Source: Candidatus Woesearchaeota archaeon
GTDB lineage: Archaea > Nanobdellota > Nanobdellia > Tiddalikarchaeales > Tiddalikarchaeaceae
NCBI GenBank assembly: GCA_964457955.1
Contig: CAYWEY010000005.1
Span: 923 to 64,922, forward strand
Length of the DNA stretch: 64,000 nt
Direction of reading: 5' to 3'
Within the stretch, counting starts at the first letter, position 1; each line of letters starts with the position of its first letter. The notes beneath the pieces were generated by a model that saw only the letters and a program-made list of their open reading frames with translations, did no database searches and had not been told where the DNA came from. The translations under genes and the position numbers were made by a program. Below, in pieces: positions 49,791 through 60,114 of the stretch.

Positions 49791-50272
49791 ATGATTATCA
49801 AAAAATTATTAGATGAAGCAAAAAAGAAGGCAACATGCACCAAGCACTCCATCAGTGCAGTTATAGAAAGTATTAATCCTCAAATATCAGTAAAAGATTA
49901 TGCTGTTGGATGGAATGGACCTGACGAAGTTCATGAATGCGTTAGGAAAAATCTAATTCAGGAGAATACAATGATTCTCTGTGCAGAACAATACATGCAG
50001 AAATAAGAGTATTATGGAATGCTGAAGAACAAGGATTCGTACTCGAGAAAGGAACAATATACTTATCTGAGTGGTTCCCATGCGTTGACTGCGCCGACCA
50101 AATAATCAAGTCAGGAGTATTAAGATTAGTGACTTCTGACAAAATATATGAAGACAGAAAAAATCAATTATTGGTTGAAGAGTTAAAGAATAAATCTTAT
50201 AATTTTGAACTTGCAGAAGAAAAACTCAGGAAAGCAGACGTGGAAATAGTTGAAGAATACTCATACAGATAA
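49791..50272 (+). pseudogene. dCMP deaminase (ComEB-like) interrupted by one frameshift
   Basis: Frame 1 ATCTK...VGWNGP...CVRK; after a shift at the A5 run 49947-49951: CRTIHAE...YLSEWFPCVDCADQIIKSG, stop at 50270-50272. Confidence 0.85.
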
Positions 50273-52195
50273 GAATCTTGCATTAACAGCAACAATAACA
50301 GTGCTCAAACTCATGAGCACAGCACCCATTGCAGGACTCAACAAGAAACCCATATTATATAATACTCCTGCAGCAAGAGGAACAGCAACAATATTATAAC
50401 CCGTAGCCCATAAAAGGTTCTGAACCATCTTATCATAAGTTGCTCTGCTGAGTTTAATGATTGAAACAACATCTTCAGGATTATTCTTAACAAGTATTAT
50501 GTCAGCACTCTCTACAGCAACATCAGTACCAGCACCTATAGCAATACCAACATCAGACTGGACTAGAGCAGGAGCATCATTCACTCCATCACCCACCATT
50601 GCAGTAACAACACCACCTGACTGGATTTTCTTAACCATCTCTGCCTTATCATCCGGTAATACTTCACTATAATAATCATCCAAACCTAATTCACTGCCAA
50701 CCCATTCAGCAACTTTTTCATTATCACCAGTAATCATCACACAACTAATACCCATATTCTTTAATTCTTTAACAGCTTCTTTTGACTCGTCACGAATAAT
50801 ATCAGAAAGATCGACAGCACCAATAATTTTTTTCTTCTCCAGAACATAAACTATAGTCCTTCCCTTCTCTCCCAACCTATTAATCTCATTATTATCAATT
50901 TTAATATCATTCTCTTTCAAGTAATTATTCCCCACAGCTCTAACTATTTTATTATTAATCATTCCCTCAACACCCCTACCCGGAATATTCCTGAAATCCT
51001 TAACTTCCAAAAGTTTTATGCCTTTTTCCTCACCTTTCCTAACAATACCCTGAGCTATAGGATGCTCAGAATTAGATTCAAGACTAACAGCATATTTTAG
51101 AACTTTATCACCACCAATAACTTCACTAACTCCAAACTCTCCTTTTGTAAGTGTTCCTGTCTTATCAAAAACAATTTTTTCAATCTTTCTCGCTTTTTCA
51201 AAAGCAGTCCTGTCCCTAACTAACAAACCATTCTTTGCAGAAATAGAAGTGGATACAGCAACAACTAAAGGGATAGCAAGTCCTAACGCGTGAGGACAAG
51301 TAGTGACTACAACAGTAACCATCCTCTCAAGAGCAAAAACGAAAGACTCACCAAAATAAATCCACACACCAAGAGTTAATCCACCTATAGATATAGCAAT
51401 TATTGTAAGCCACTTAGCAGCAGAATCAGCAAAACTCTGAGTCTTTGATTTTGATTCTCTTGCTTTCTCCACCATCTTTATAACTTGATTAACATAAGAT
51501 TCTTCACCAAGCTTAGTGATTTTCACTCTCAACACTCCCTCACCATTAATGCTTCCCCCAATAACTTCATCACCTTCTTCTTTAACAACAGGTTTTGACT
51601 CCCCAGTCACTAAAGACTCATTCACACTGCTCTTACCTTTCTTTATTACTCCATCAACAGGAATCTTCTCACCAGGCTTGACTAATACAACATTACCTTT
51701 TTTTAACTCAGATAATTCAACATCAACTATTCCATCATCCTTAACCAAGTGGGCTTTAGAAGGCAATAATTTGGTTAAAGACTCAAGTGCTTTGCCGGCA
51801 CCAATAACTGAACGCATCTCAATCCAATGCCCTAACAGCATCACAACAATAAGAGTGGATAATTCCCAGAAAAAAAACTTGCCACTAAGTCCGAAAACAA
51901 CAGCACTGCTGTAAAAGTAGGAAACAATAATAGCAAAAGCAACCAAAGTCATCATGCCCGGACTCTTACTTTTTAATTCTTTATAACTACCCTTCAAGAA
52001 AGGTATGCCTCCGTAGAAGAATACGATGCTTGAAAGAAGGAATAATAAGTAATCTTTCCCCGTGAAACTGAACTGAAAATTAAAAAATTCCTGAATAAGA
52101 GGAGAAAGTAATAGAATAGGAATCGTAATTATTAATGAAACAAAGAACCGTTTGCGAAAATCTTTCAACATCTTCTTATGATGATTATCATCCAT
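50261..52195 (-). CDS. copB: Copper-translocating P1B-type ATPase (CPH type)
   Basis: TGES, CPHALGLA, DKTGTLT, SEHP, GDGVNDAPAL, YN and MSLST. Confidence 0.92.
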   Translation of the reverse strand: MDDNHHKKMLKDFRKRFFVSLIITIPILLLSPLIQEFFNFQFSFTGKDYLLFLLSSIVFFYGGIPFLKGSYKELKSKSPGMMTLVAFAIIVSYFYSSAVVFGLSGKFFFWELSTLIVVMLLGHWIEMRSVIGAGKALESLTKLLPSKAHLVKDDGIVDVELSELKKGNVVLVKPGEKIPVDGVIKKGKSSVNESLVTGESKPVVKEEGDEVIGGSINGEGVLRVKITKLGEESYVNQVIKMVEKARESKSKTQSFADSAAKWLTIIAISIGGLTLGVWIYFGESFVFALERMVTVVVTTCPHALGLAIPLVVAVSTSISAKNGLLVRDRTAFEKARKIEKIVFDKTGTLTKGEFGVSEVIGGDKVLKYAVSLESNSEHPIAQGIVRKGEEKGIKLLEVKDFRNIPGRGVEGMINNKIVRAVGNNYLKENDIKIDNNEINRLGEKGRTIVYVLEKKKIIGAVDLSDIIRDESKEAVKELKNMGISCVMITGDNEKVAEWVGSELGLDDYYSEVLPDDKAEMVKKIQSGGVVTAMVGDGVNDAPALVQSDVGIAIGAGTDVAVESADIILVKNNPEDVVSIIKLSRATYDKMVQNLLWATGYNIVAVPLAAGVLYNMGFLLSPAMGAVLMSLSTVIVAVNARFLSV

Positions 52196-52280
52196 TATGA
52201 AAATCTATTAATTGTTTTATTTAATATTTTATTCTTTCTTAAAAATCCTTAAATTATAAGAAATATATTAACATTTATTG

Positions 52281-52997
52281 ATGAAAAAAAATAAGCGCTT
52301 CTGGGAAATGGATGCACTAAGAGGCACAGCAATAATAATGATGCTATTATCCAACCTGATGACAGACCTCAACTATTTCAATATAATAAATAGTTCTGTA
52401 AAAGATTTTTGGTGGTGGTTCGCACGCATAACAGCATCAATTTTTTTATTCATAGTCGGAATCTCACTCACATTAAGTTATAGTAAGAAGAAAGAATTCA
52501 CCAAATTCTTCAAAAGAGGAATAAAAATATTTTTTTACGGACTAATAATAACAATAGTTACTTACTTATTCATACCAAAAGATTATGTTATATTCGGAAT
52601 ACTACACTTAATCGGAGCCTCAAGCATAATAACTTATCCATTGATTAATAAACCATTTATTTCTCTTGTTCTTGGAATAATTATTTTATTAACAGGATTA
52701 TTCACTGAAAATCTTACAATTAATTCAATAAAATTATTATGGCTAGGAATCACACCACAATATTATAGTACAGTTGATTACTTTCCAATAATACCATGGC
52801 TTGGAATAATATTAATAGGAATCTATATAGGGAATAAATTATATAAGGATTATGAACGCTCTTTTAAGATACCTAGAAATAATAATATATTAATCAAGAT
52901 AATGACTTTCATAGGCAGGAATTCACTAATAATATACTTAATCCACCAACCCATTATTCTCACAATACTATACTTATTAGGTTTTACAACAATTTAG
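52281..52997 (+). CDS. DUF1624 / HGSNAT-like membrane acyltransferase domain protein
   Basis: RFWEMDALRG, FLFIVGIS, FGILHLIG, DYFPIIPW, GRNSLIIYLIHQP. Confidence 0.85.
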   Translation: MKKNKRFWEMDALRGTAIIMMLLSNLMTDLNYFNIINSSVKDFWWWFARITASIFLFIVGISLTLSYSKKKEFTKFFKRGIKIFFYGLIITIVTYLFIPKDYVIFGILHLIGASSIITYPLINKPFISLVLGIIILLTGLFTENLTINSIKLLWLGITPQYYSTVDYFPIIPWLGIILIGIYIGNKLYKDYERSFKIPRNNNILIKIMTFIGRNSLIIYLIHQPIILTILYLLGFTTI

Positions 52998-53206
52998 CCA
53001 CATACTGCACAGTAAACCTTTACCAAACTTTAAAGCACTCCCAAGTCATTTAGCAGTTATTATTCTCCCATCAACAGTTAATTCCCTGCCCAGTGTACTT
53101 CTTTGATTTCTTTTCAATATTCTCTTTTTCTGAAATCCGAGCTGTTGCTTCTTTATTTTTAAGCAACCATGAATTAGCAATTATTGAAGGAGCAGTGCCT
53201 AACCAT
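52994..53206 (-). pseudogene. Remnant of a DJ-1/PfpI family gene (C-terminal half)
   Basis: Manual translation: APSIIANSWLLKNKEATARISEKENIEKKSKKYTG / RELTVDGRIITAK*LGSALKFG, with one frameshift, one in-frame stop and no N-terminal half. Confidence 0.75.
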
Positions 53207-53208
53207 TT

Positions 53209-53454
53209 TTAATCAGTCCTGTTATACAACCAGATGAATACGTAGCCTGCAAAGAAACCAAAAACTGCTGCCTCAATCATACCAGTAATTATTCCAATAC
53301 CACTCAAATCAAAGAACATATGCCACTGCTTCATAGCATTAACCGCACCAGTATACACTCCCATATTTCCTGCAACACCTAAAAAGAACATCACAATTGC
53401 TGAAAATATTGCTGTTGTCTTACCAACCCTGATTCCACTAATTTTTTTAGCCAA
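53209..53454 (-). CDS. Small two-TM membrane protein
   Basis: Likely TTG start at 53454 after AAGGAGGTG; ends G..EAAVFGFFAGYVFIWLYN. Confidence 0.65.
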   Translation of the reverse strand: MAKKISGIRVGKTTAIFSAIVMFFLGVAGNMGVYTGAVNAMKQWHMFFDLSGIGIITGMIEAAVFGFFAGYVFIWLYNRTD

Positions 53455-54448
53455 CAACCAGCACCTCCTTCCCGCATTCAGGACACTTATTATTCTTCGT
53501 AAGATTATTTTTAGCAAGATTCATACCAGTTCTTTCCAGAACCAGTTCTCCGCATTCAGGACAATAAGTATTATTAGCATCTCCTCCAGGAACATTACCC
53601 ATATAAACATATTTCAATCCAAGACTTTCTGCTTTATTTTTCATCTTCTCAATAGTATCAATTGGAGTGGGCATTACATTATTCATCTTATAAGTTGGGA
53701 AGAAGCGGATGATATGAACAGGAGTATCCTCACCACACGTATTCATTATTAAGTTACACCAATCAGTGAATTCATCCATACTATCATTATATCCTGGAAC
53801 AATAAGATTAGAAACTTCAAGATGAATATTCTGCTCAGCATAATACTCTAAACTATTAATAACCCATTCAAGTTTTGCATTAACAATATTAGAATAAAAA
53901 CTATCGCTGAATCCTTTGAAATCAATCACAGCAGCATCCAAATATTTGAAATCCTCAACAGGTTCTTCACTAATAACTCCACATGTTACAAAAACATTGT
54001 ATAATCCTTTTTTGCGTGCAATTTTGGCAGTATCATAAGCGTACTCATGAAAAATAGTCGGCTCATTATAAGTGTAAGCAATTCCGTCACACCCATTACT
54101 TATCGCGTTCTCAACAACCCTTTCAGGAGGCATATCTAATGATCTTTCCTTAATAAAACCAGATTGGGACATATCCCAATTGCAGCAAAAATCACACCTC
54201 ATTATGCATCCAAAAGTACCTATACTATAAGCCTTTGTTCCCGGCTTGAAATGAAAAAAAGGCTTCTTCTCAACAGGGTCAACATGACTAGCAGCAGGAC
54301 GACCATAAACAAGAGAATATAATACTCCATCAATATTCTTCCTCACTCTGCAGAAACCAATCTTGTCAGGAAGTATAGTGCAATTCCTCGGGCATAAATA
54401 ACACTTTACAACATTATTCTTTTTCTTCCAATAACGAGCCTCATGCAT
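53447..54448 (-). CDS. amrS: AmmeMemoRadiSam system radical SAM enzyme (PflA-like)
   Basis: CYLCPRNC, GFCRVR, DPVEKKPFFHF.PG, CIMRCDFC.NWDMSQ, YTYNEPT, YVYMGNV, TYCPECG. Confidence 0.9.
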   Translation of the reverse strand: MHEARYWKKKNNVVKCYLCPRNCTILPDKIGFCRVRKNIDGVLYSLVYGRPAASHVDPVEKKPFFHFKPGTKAYSIGTFGCIMRCDFCCNWDMSQSGFIKERSLDMPPERVVENAISNGCDGIAYTYNEPTIFHEYAYDTAKIARKKGLYNVFVTCGVISEEPVEDFKYLDAAVIDFKGFSDSFYSNIVNAKLEWVINSLEYYAEQNIHLEVSNLIVPGYNDSMDEFTDWCNLIMNTCGEDTPVHIIRFFPTYKMNNVMPTPIDTIEKMKNKAESLGLKYVYMGNVPGGDANNTYCPECGELVLERTGMNLAKNNLTKNNKCPECGKEVLVVG

Positions 54449-54968
54449 ATTCTTTCTCCAAATCACTTACAACTTTTTTATAAACATTATGAATCATTTC
54501 TCTGTCAAACTTCCAGAAATTATTTGTCATCTCATCCTGCTCATCCTCACTAAAATAATTCATGCAAGGAATAAAGAAATCATTATCCTCCTTACTAATA
54601 TGCTGGGGGTATAATTCAATCAAGTCATTCATCTTCTCAACCACTTTCTCAACATCATCATCTTCTTTTGCTTTCAGTAACTCCTTAACTCTTTTTCTCC
54701 CGAATTCATGCTCATCCAATAATTCGTCCATTATTTTCTCATGCTCTTCTGAAATATTTCTTTTTGAAAGTTCTGCAAAAAGAATATTCTCTTCTTTGCC
54801 ATGATGGCATTTGTCAGCATAAGTTTTTAAGAAATCCGCGAACTTATTAATAAAATCAGGATTAATCTTTTTCTCTTTCTTAATCTTGTCTTTTTCTTTC
54901 CCAGCAACAGTTATCATTCTTTCAATAACTCTGTGCTCACTCATTAAAGGACCATAAGGCTTTATCAT
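54441..54968 (-). CDS. Hemerythrin-domain protein
   Basis: LMSEHRVI, YADKCHHGKEE, EHEFGR, HISKEDN. Confidence 0.9.
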   Translation of the reverse strand: MIKPYGPLMSEHRVIERMITVAGKEKDKIKKEKKINPDFINKFADFLKTYADKCHHGKEENILFAELSKRNISEEHEKIMDELLDEHEFGRKRVKELLKAKEDDDVEKVVEKMNDLIELYPQHISKEDNDFFIPCMNYFSEDEQDEMTNNFWKFDREMIHNVYKKVVSDLEKEYA

Positions 54969-55104
54969 AGATTGTTATTAATCAGTGTAGAGTTTTAAAT
55001 ATTATGTGATATTTTTTTACCATATGGTAAATAAATAAGAACTTTTTCTTCATTAAAAAAAATGGCAAAATTTATAATGCTGAAATAATTTTTTGTGAAA
55101 ATAT

Positions 55105-56238
55105 ATGAAAAAAACATTTTTATTAATAACATTGTTATTATTGTTCACTCCTGTTTTCAGCCAGAACTGTGTTCACATGGTTTTTTTCTACAGCAACGGA
55201 TGCTCGCACTGCGCAGAGGCGGAGGAGTACTTGGATAGTTTGGAGGAAGAATATCCTTATATTGTTATTGACAGGAGGAGTATTCAGGAATCAGGTAATG
55301 CACAATTATTCATGGCTTATTTGGAAAATTATGATGTATCAGAAGATTTATGGGGTTATGTGCCAGGATTATTCATTCATAACCAGGCATATATTGGGGC
55401 GGACAGTATAATAGAGAATGTTGAACAAGACATTATTTACTGCACAGAGAATGATTGTTTATGTTCTTTTAATCAGGAACTTGCAGAACAATTTGATGCC
55501 CGTCCTTTTCCTGAAGAGAATAGTTCATCAGTTATTACGGGAGGAATGGTTCATCCTAAATCTCCGATAAAGCTGACGCTTGCAGCTATTACAATCAGTG
55601 CTTTAGTTGACAGCATTAATCCATGCGCTTTTGCAGTCATAATCTTTTTATTAACTTACTTAATCACTCTCGGCGCGCGTAAGAGAATCTTCAAAATAGG
55701 ATTAACTTATACTTTAACAGTTTTTTTGACTTATTTCTTGTCAGGACTCGGATTATTCGTTGCTGTACAATCAACAGGTATGACGCGTATAGTCTATTTC
55801 GGAGCAGCAATAATTGCATTAATTGCAGGAGTAATCAATGTGAAGGATTACTTCTGGTATGGAAAAGGAATAACACTGAGAATCCCGAAAAAAGCAAAAC
55901 CAAGTATTAAGAAATGGGTTCATAAATCAAGCCTTCCTGCAGCAGTAATACTCGGATTCTTAGTCTCACTTTTTGAACTTCCCTGCACTGGAGGAGTTTA
56001 TTTAGCAATACTCGGATTATTATCTAATAATATGACACAATTGCAGGCAATACCTTCACTCTTGTGGTATAATTTCATATTCGTCCTACCTTTATTGATT
56101 ATTGTCTTAATTGTTGGTTTCGGAGTATCAACTGACAAGCTTGAAAAATGGAGGAAGAATAAAAGAAAACATATGAAACTATTCTCAGGATTATTAATGA
56201 TAGGATTAGGTGTTCTGATGCTGGGAGGATGGGTATGA
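55105..56238 (+). CDS. Thioredoxin-fold plus CcdA/DsbD-type transmembrane redox protein
   Basis: Signal peptide, FFYSNGCSHC, DSINPCAF and ELPCTGGVY. Confidence 0.88.
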   Translation: MKKTFLLITLLLLFTPVFSQNCVHMVFFYSNGCSHCAEAEEYLDSLEEEYPYIVIDRRSIQESGNAQLFMAYLENYDVSEDLWGYVPGLFIHNQAYIGADSIIENVEQDIIYCTENDCLCSFNQELAEQFDARPFPEENSSSVITGGMVHPKSPIKLTLAAITISALVDSINPCAFAVIIFLLTYLITLGARKRIFKIGLTYTLTVFLTYFLSGLGLFVAVQSTGMTRIVYFGAAIIALIAGVINVKDYFWYGKGITLRIPKKAKPSIKKWVHKSSLPAAVILGFLVSLFELPCTGGVYLAILGLLSNNMTQLQAIPSLLWYNFIFVLPLLIIVLIVGFGVSTDKLEKWRKNKRKHMKLFSGLLMIGLGVLMLGGWV

Positions 56239-56897
56239 TTAGAAGGATGATTAAAGATTTAGTAAGCCCGAACACTCTGTATTATCCAGGATGCTTAACA
56301 AAATATGTATTGAAGGATTTAATGAATAATTATGAAAAACTCCTTAATAAAATAGGGGTGAATTTTATCAAACTAGAAAATATTGAGCATTGCTGCGGCA
56401 GTCCTGCAAAGAATGCAGGATACAAAAAAGATTATGAAGAATTGGTGGAGCATAACAGGAATGTTTTCAAAGAGCACGGGATTAAAAGAATCATCACAAA
56501 TTGTCCTTCCTGCCACAAGATTCTCAGCAACTCTTATCCAGACTTTGAGATAAAACATGTTCTTGAACTAATTTATGAAAAAAGAAAAAAACTAAAAAAT
56601 AAGTTAGATGAAAAAGTATCTTATCATAAACCATGTCATTTAATTCTTGAGAAAGAACCCTTAAAATTATTAGAAGCGTGCGGTTACGAAGTAATAAATA
56701 TGAATAATATGTGTTGCGGAGCAGGAGGAGGATTAAAAACGAATAATCCAAAACTCGCGAATAAGATAGCGAAAATGAAGTTGAAGAGTGCGGAGGATAA
56801 GATAATCACTTCATGCCCTTTATGTTATGCCCACTTGAAAGAAAACACTAGTAAAGAAGTTTTGGAAATCTCCGAGGTGCTGCTTGAATGCCTTTAA
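56229..56897 (+). CDS. CCG-domain Fe-S protein (C-terminal part of GlcF/GlpC type)
   Basis: YYPGC, CCGSP, TNCPSC, YHKPCH, CCGAGGG, TSCPLC. Confidence 0.88.
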   Translation: MGMIRRMIKDLVSPNTLYYPGCLTKYVLKDLMNNYEKLLNKIGVNFIKLENIEHCCGSPAKNAGYKKDYEELVEHNRNVFKEHGIKRIITNCPSCHKILSNSYPDFEIKHVLELIYEKRKKLKNKLDEKVSYHKPCHLILEKEPLKLLEACGYEVINMNNMCCGAGGGLKTNNPKLANKIAKMKLKSAEDKIITSCPLCYAHLKENTSKEVLEISEVLLECL

Positions 56898-58048
56898 CAA
56901 AGATTAAAGAAATTGTTGGAGAAGAAAACTTCAGTATTGAAAGAGTTGATAAAATGATTTATTCTTATGATGCTTCAAGAATTATAGGAAACCCTATAGT
57001 GATTGTATGGCCGGAGACTGAAGAACAAGTAAAAAGAGTTGTTAAAACTGCATATGAACACTTGATTAGTGTAGTGCCGAGAGGCGGGGGAACAGGACTT
57101 GCAGGAGGAGCAGTTCCTAAAAACAGTATAGTCCTTAACTTAAGTAAGTTAGATAAAATAATTGGTTTTGAGAAAAATATTATTACTGCTCAGGCAGGAG
57201 CAGTAGTTAATGATTTAAACAATTATTTATGCAGGAAGAATAAGTTTTTTCCAGTAATACCCAGCAGTTATAAAATATGCACTATTGGCGGAGTAATAAG
57301 TTGCAACAGTGCGGGAAGAAGAAGCATGCGTTACGGTAAAGCAATAAACTGGATTAATAAATTAGAACTTGTTGACGGCAGAGGCAGATGCAGAAAAATT
57401 AATAATGTAAGAAAATTCTGCGGAAGTGAAGGAATACTTGGAGTAATATTAAGAGCAGAATTAAAAACAACCAATAAGATAAATAATACTAGCATGAATA
57501 TACATTATTTTGACAGTGTTTTAGGACTCATGAATACTGTTGAAGAATTAAAAAAAGATAATAAAATACTTGAGATGGAATTATTAGATAAGAATGTTAG
57601 CAAAGAATTAGGGTTCAAAAAAAGGTATACGCTGTTTGTCGAGTATGAAGGCAATTATGGAGATTTAAAAGATGAAACAGAGATTAAGAAGATGAAAGAA
57701 TTGCGGGATAAGGCTTATCCAATATTAGCCAGCAAAGGATACTCTGTTATAGAAGATCCTCAATTCAATAATGATAATATGAAATATATGATAAGATGGC
57801 TTGAGAATAATAAAATACCTTTTTTCGGGCATGCGGGAATAGGCATAATACATCCTTGCTTCAAAAATGATGATAAATTATCACTTTTTTATGAAAAAGT
57901 CAAGAAATTGAAAGGAGACATAACTGGAGAGCACGGCATAGGATTATTAAAGAAGGATTATATTAGTGAAAAAAAGAAGGACTTACTTAAGATGTATAAG
58001 AAGAGTTATGACCCAAAGAACATACTTAACAGGGGTAAAGTATTATGA
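56888..58048 (+). CDS. FAD-linked oxidoreductase, GlcD/D-lactate dehydrogenase family
   Basis: YSYDAS, PRGGGTGLAGGAVP, TIGG, GSEGILG, GHAGIGIIHP, GEHGIG, DPKNILN.GK. Confidence 0.9.
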   Translation: MPLTKIKEIVGEENFSIERVDKMIYSYDASRIIGNPIVIVWPETEEQVKRVVKTAYEHLISVVPRGGGTGLAGGAVPKNSIVLNLSKLDKIIGFEKNIITAQAGAVVNDLNNYLCRKNKFFPVIPSSYKICTIGGVISCNSAGRRSMRYGKAINWINKLELVDGRGRCRKINNVRKFCGSEGILGVILRAELKTTNKINNTSMNIHYFDSVLGLMNTVEELKKDNKILEMELLDKNVSKELGFKKRYTLFVEYEGNYGDLKDETEIKKMKELRDKAYPILASKGYSVIEDPQFNNDNMKYMIRWLENNKIPFFGHAGIGIIHPCFKNDDKLSLFYEKVKKLKGDITGEHGIGLLKKDYISEKKKDLLKMYKKSYDPKNILNRGKVL

Positions 58049-58389
58049 AAAAAAAGATAAGTGAATGCATTCATTGCGGAATCTGCAATTCAAGATGTCC
58101 AACCCTAAGAGCAACAAGTAACGAGCATTACGGTCCGAGAGGAAGAGCATTAATGGTTAATAACAAGATAGTTGACAAAACATTTTATGAATGCACATTA
58201 TGCGGAGCATGTGAGGAAGAATGCCCAATTAATATAAAGATTGATTTAAGAAGAATAAGAGAATTGCTTGTTAAGGAAGGAATAGAAACTGAAGCGAATA
58301 GAGAGATGATAAAGAATATAAGAGAATACGGCAACCCGTTCGGAGAATTAAAAGAAGACGAGGTTCCTGACAAACTATACTGCTGCTGA
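58045..58389 (+). CDS. 4Fe-4S dicluster protein (N-terminal part of GlcF/GlpC type)
   Basis: CIHCGICNSRCP, GPRGR, CTLCGACEEECP, GNPFG; ends in YCC. Confidence 0.88.
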   Translation: MKKKISECIHCGICNSRCPTLRATSNEHYGPRGRALMVNNKIVDKTFYECTLCGACEEECPINIKIDLRRIRELLVKEGIETEANREMIKNIREYGNPFGELKEDEVPDKLYCC

Positions 58390-58437
58390 AATAAATCAAT
58401 ATTGTTTTAAAAAACCATTATTCTATTTATTATTAAA

Positions 58438-59505
58438 ATGAAAACAAGAATTATTAAGAGCAGTTCTTACAATGAAGAATTAATAAGAAAAAAAATAACT
58501 AAGAATATTTTCAATATTATTGAAGAAGGTGATAAAGTATTATTAAAACCCAACTTGTTGGCTTTGAAGAGTCCTGAAGAAATAGTGACCACAAACCCAA
58601 ATATTGTTAAAATAGTTGCTGAAAGAGTTAGAGAAAGAGGGGGAAAACCAATAATTTTTGATGCTCCTGGAGGACTGATTAATAACTTGTTGAACAAGAA
58701 AGTATTGAAGAAATTGTACAGAATAACGGGCATGAAAAAAGTAAGTGAAGAAACAGGAGCAGAATTATATTATGATACTGGTTCAAAATATTATCATTAT
58801 CCTAAGGGAAAGTTAACAAAAGGTTTTGAATTAATAACTATTATAGACAAAGTTGATAAAATAATCAATCTTCCTAAAATAAAAACCCATACTTTCATGG
58901 GACTCACTTGCGCAGTTAAGAATTGGTATGGGCTCTTGCCTCCAAGAAAAAAACTAGGTTATCATTCTAAAATGGCTGAGCCTGAAGTATTTGGAAAAAT
59001 GTTATTAGATCTTGCAGGATTCATCAATCCTGATATTACTATTGTTGACGGCATTATTGGAATGGAAGGTAACGGGCCTAGTGGGGGGAATCCTAAAAAA
59101 ATAGGTGTAATAATAACAGGCAGTGATGAAGTAGAAATAGATAGTACAGTTGCAAAGATTATAGGAATGCCTTTAAGCATTATTCCATACTTGAATAAAG
59201 ATGTTAAAGTTGGTGATGAATACTTGGTAAAGGATTTCAAACAGCCGCATACTTCTTTTTTAAGAAAATTTGCTGGATTTGCTCCAAAATTCTTGCGCAA
59301 CATAATTAATAATTTTTTTGTAGTCAAGCCAATAATAAATAAAGAATGTGTTGGTTGCGGAGTGTGCAGGGATAATTGTCCTGTAAGTGCAATAAAGATG
59401 AAAGAAGGCAAGGCAGTTATTAATCAGAACAAGTGCATCAGGTGTTATTGCTGCCATGAATTATGTCCTCATAAAGCAGTGAGTCTGAAAAACAGTTTGT
59501 TATAA
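58438..59505 (+). CDS. DUF362-domain protein with C-terminal 2x[4Fe-4S] domain
   Basis: VLLKPNL, INLPKIKTH, AVKN..G, DGIIGMEGNGPS.G, two CxxCxxCxxxCP motifs. Confidence 0.9.
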   Translation: MKTRIIKSSSYNEELIRKKITKNIFNIIEEGDKVLLKPNLLALKSPEEIVTTNPNIVKIVAERVRERGGKPIIFDAPGGLINNLLNKKVLKKLYRITGMKKVSEETGAELYYDTGSKYYHYPKGKLTKGFELITIIDKVDKIINLPKIKTHTFMGLTCAVKNWYGLLPPRKKLGYHSKMAEPEVFGKMLLDLAGFINPDITIVDGIIGMEGNGPSGGNPKKIGVIITGSDEVEIDSTVAKIIGMPLSIIPYLNKDVKVGDEYLVKDFKQPHTSFLRKFAGFAPKFLRNIINNFFVVKPIINKECVGCGVCRDNCPVSAIKMKEGKAVINQNKCIRCYCCHELCPHKAVSLKNSLL

Positions 59506-60084
59506 GTGAGAAGTATTATTAAATTCTTTAATAATATTTTTATCATTAATCTTTACTATAGTTATGCTGCAGTTATCATAGTTTTTATCAACTTTCATAT
59601 CAAATAAGTTTTTCATAATGAGTCTTATGACTGCTTCATGAGTGACTACTAATACATTGCTTTCATAATTCTTCTTAAGATGTTTTAGGAAGTTATTCAC
59701 TCTTTTCCCAATATCTTCATAACTCTCGCCATCAGGGATTCTGAAACTATAACGAGATTCCTGCCTCTTATGATATATTTCAGGATATCTCTTCTTGACT
59801 TCTTCTTTATTCATTCCTTTCCATATTCCGAAATCAACCTCACTAATCCTTTCATCCTTTATTATCTCAAGATTGTGATTTTTATTTATTATTCTTGCAG
59901 TATGAAAATTACGTCTTAAAGGGCTTGAGAATATTATGCTTAATTCATAGTTTTTAAGTGCTTTTCCAGCATTCTCAGCCTGAACAACTCCTTTCCTGGT
60001 TAATTCATCCAGTTTCCCGTTCGAATAAGTGCTCGGCTCTAAATTACATTTTGCTTGACCGTGTCGTACAATAATTAATTTCAT
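59500..60084 (-). CDS. Histidine phosphatase family protein (PGM/CobC-like)
   Basis: IVRHGQ, SSPLRR, EVDFGIW.G, GES, VVTH. Confidence 0.9.
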   Translation of the reverse strand: MKLIIVRHGQAKCNLEPSTYSNGKLDELTRKGVVQAENAGKALKNYELSIIFSSPLRRNFHTARIINKNHNLEIIKDERISEVDFGIWKGMNKEEVKKRYPEIYHKRQESRYSFRIPDGESYEDIGKRVNNFLKHLKKNYESNVLVVTHEAVIRLIMKNLFDMKVDKNYDNCSITIVKINDKNIIKEFNNTSHL

Positions 60085-60114
60085 AATGATTTAATATTTA
60101 ATAAATTTTAAAAA

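Noticed and set aside
49940..49960. Programmed -1 ribosomal frameshift in the dCMP deaminase
   Set aside because: There is no canonical slippery heptamer or obvious downstream structure; a mutation or sequencing error is simpler.
58378..58410. Possible selenocysteine read-through at ...TGC TGC TGA
   Set aside because: Only six unremarkable codons follow, no SECIS-like hairpin is evident, and there are no Sec genes in the window.
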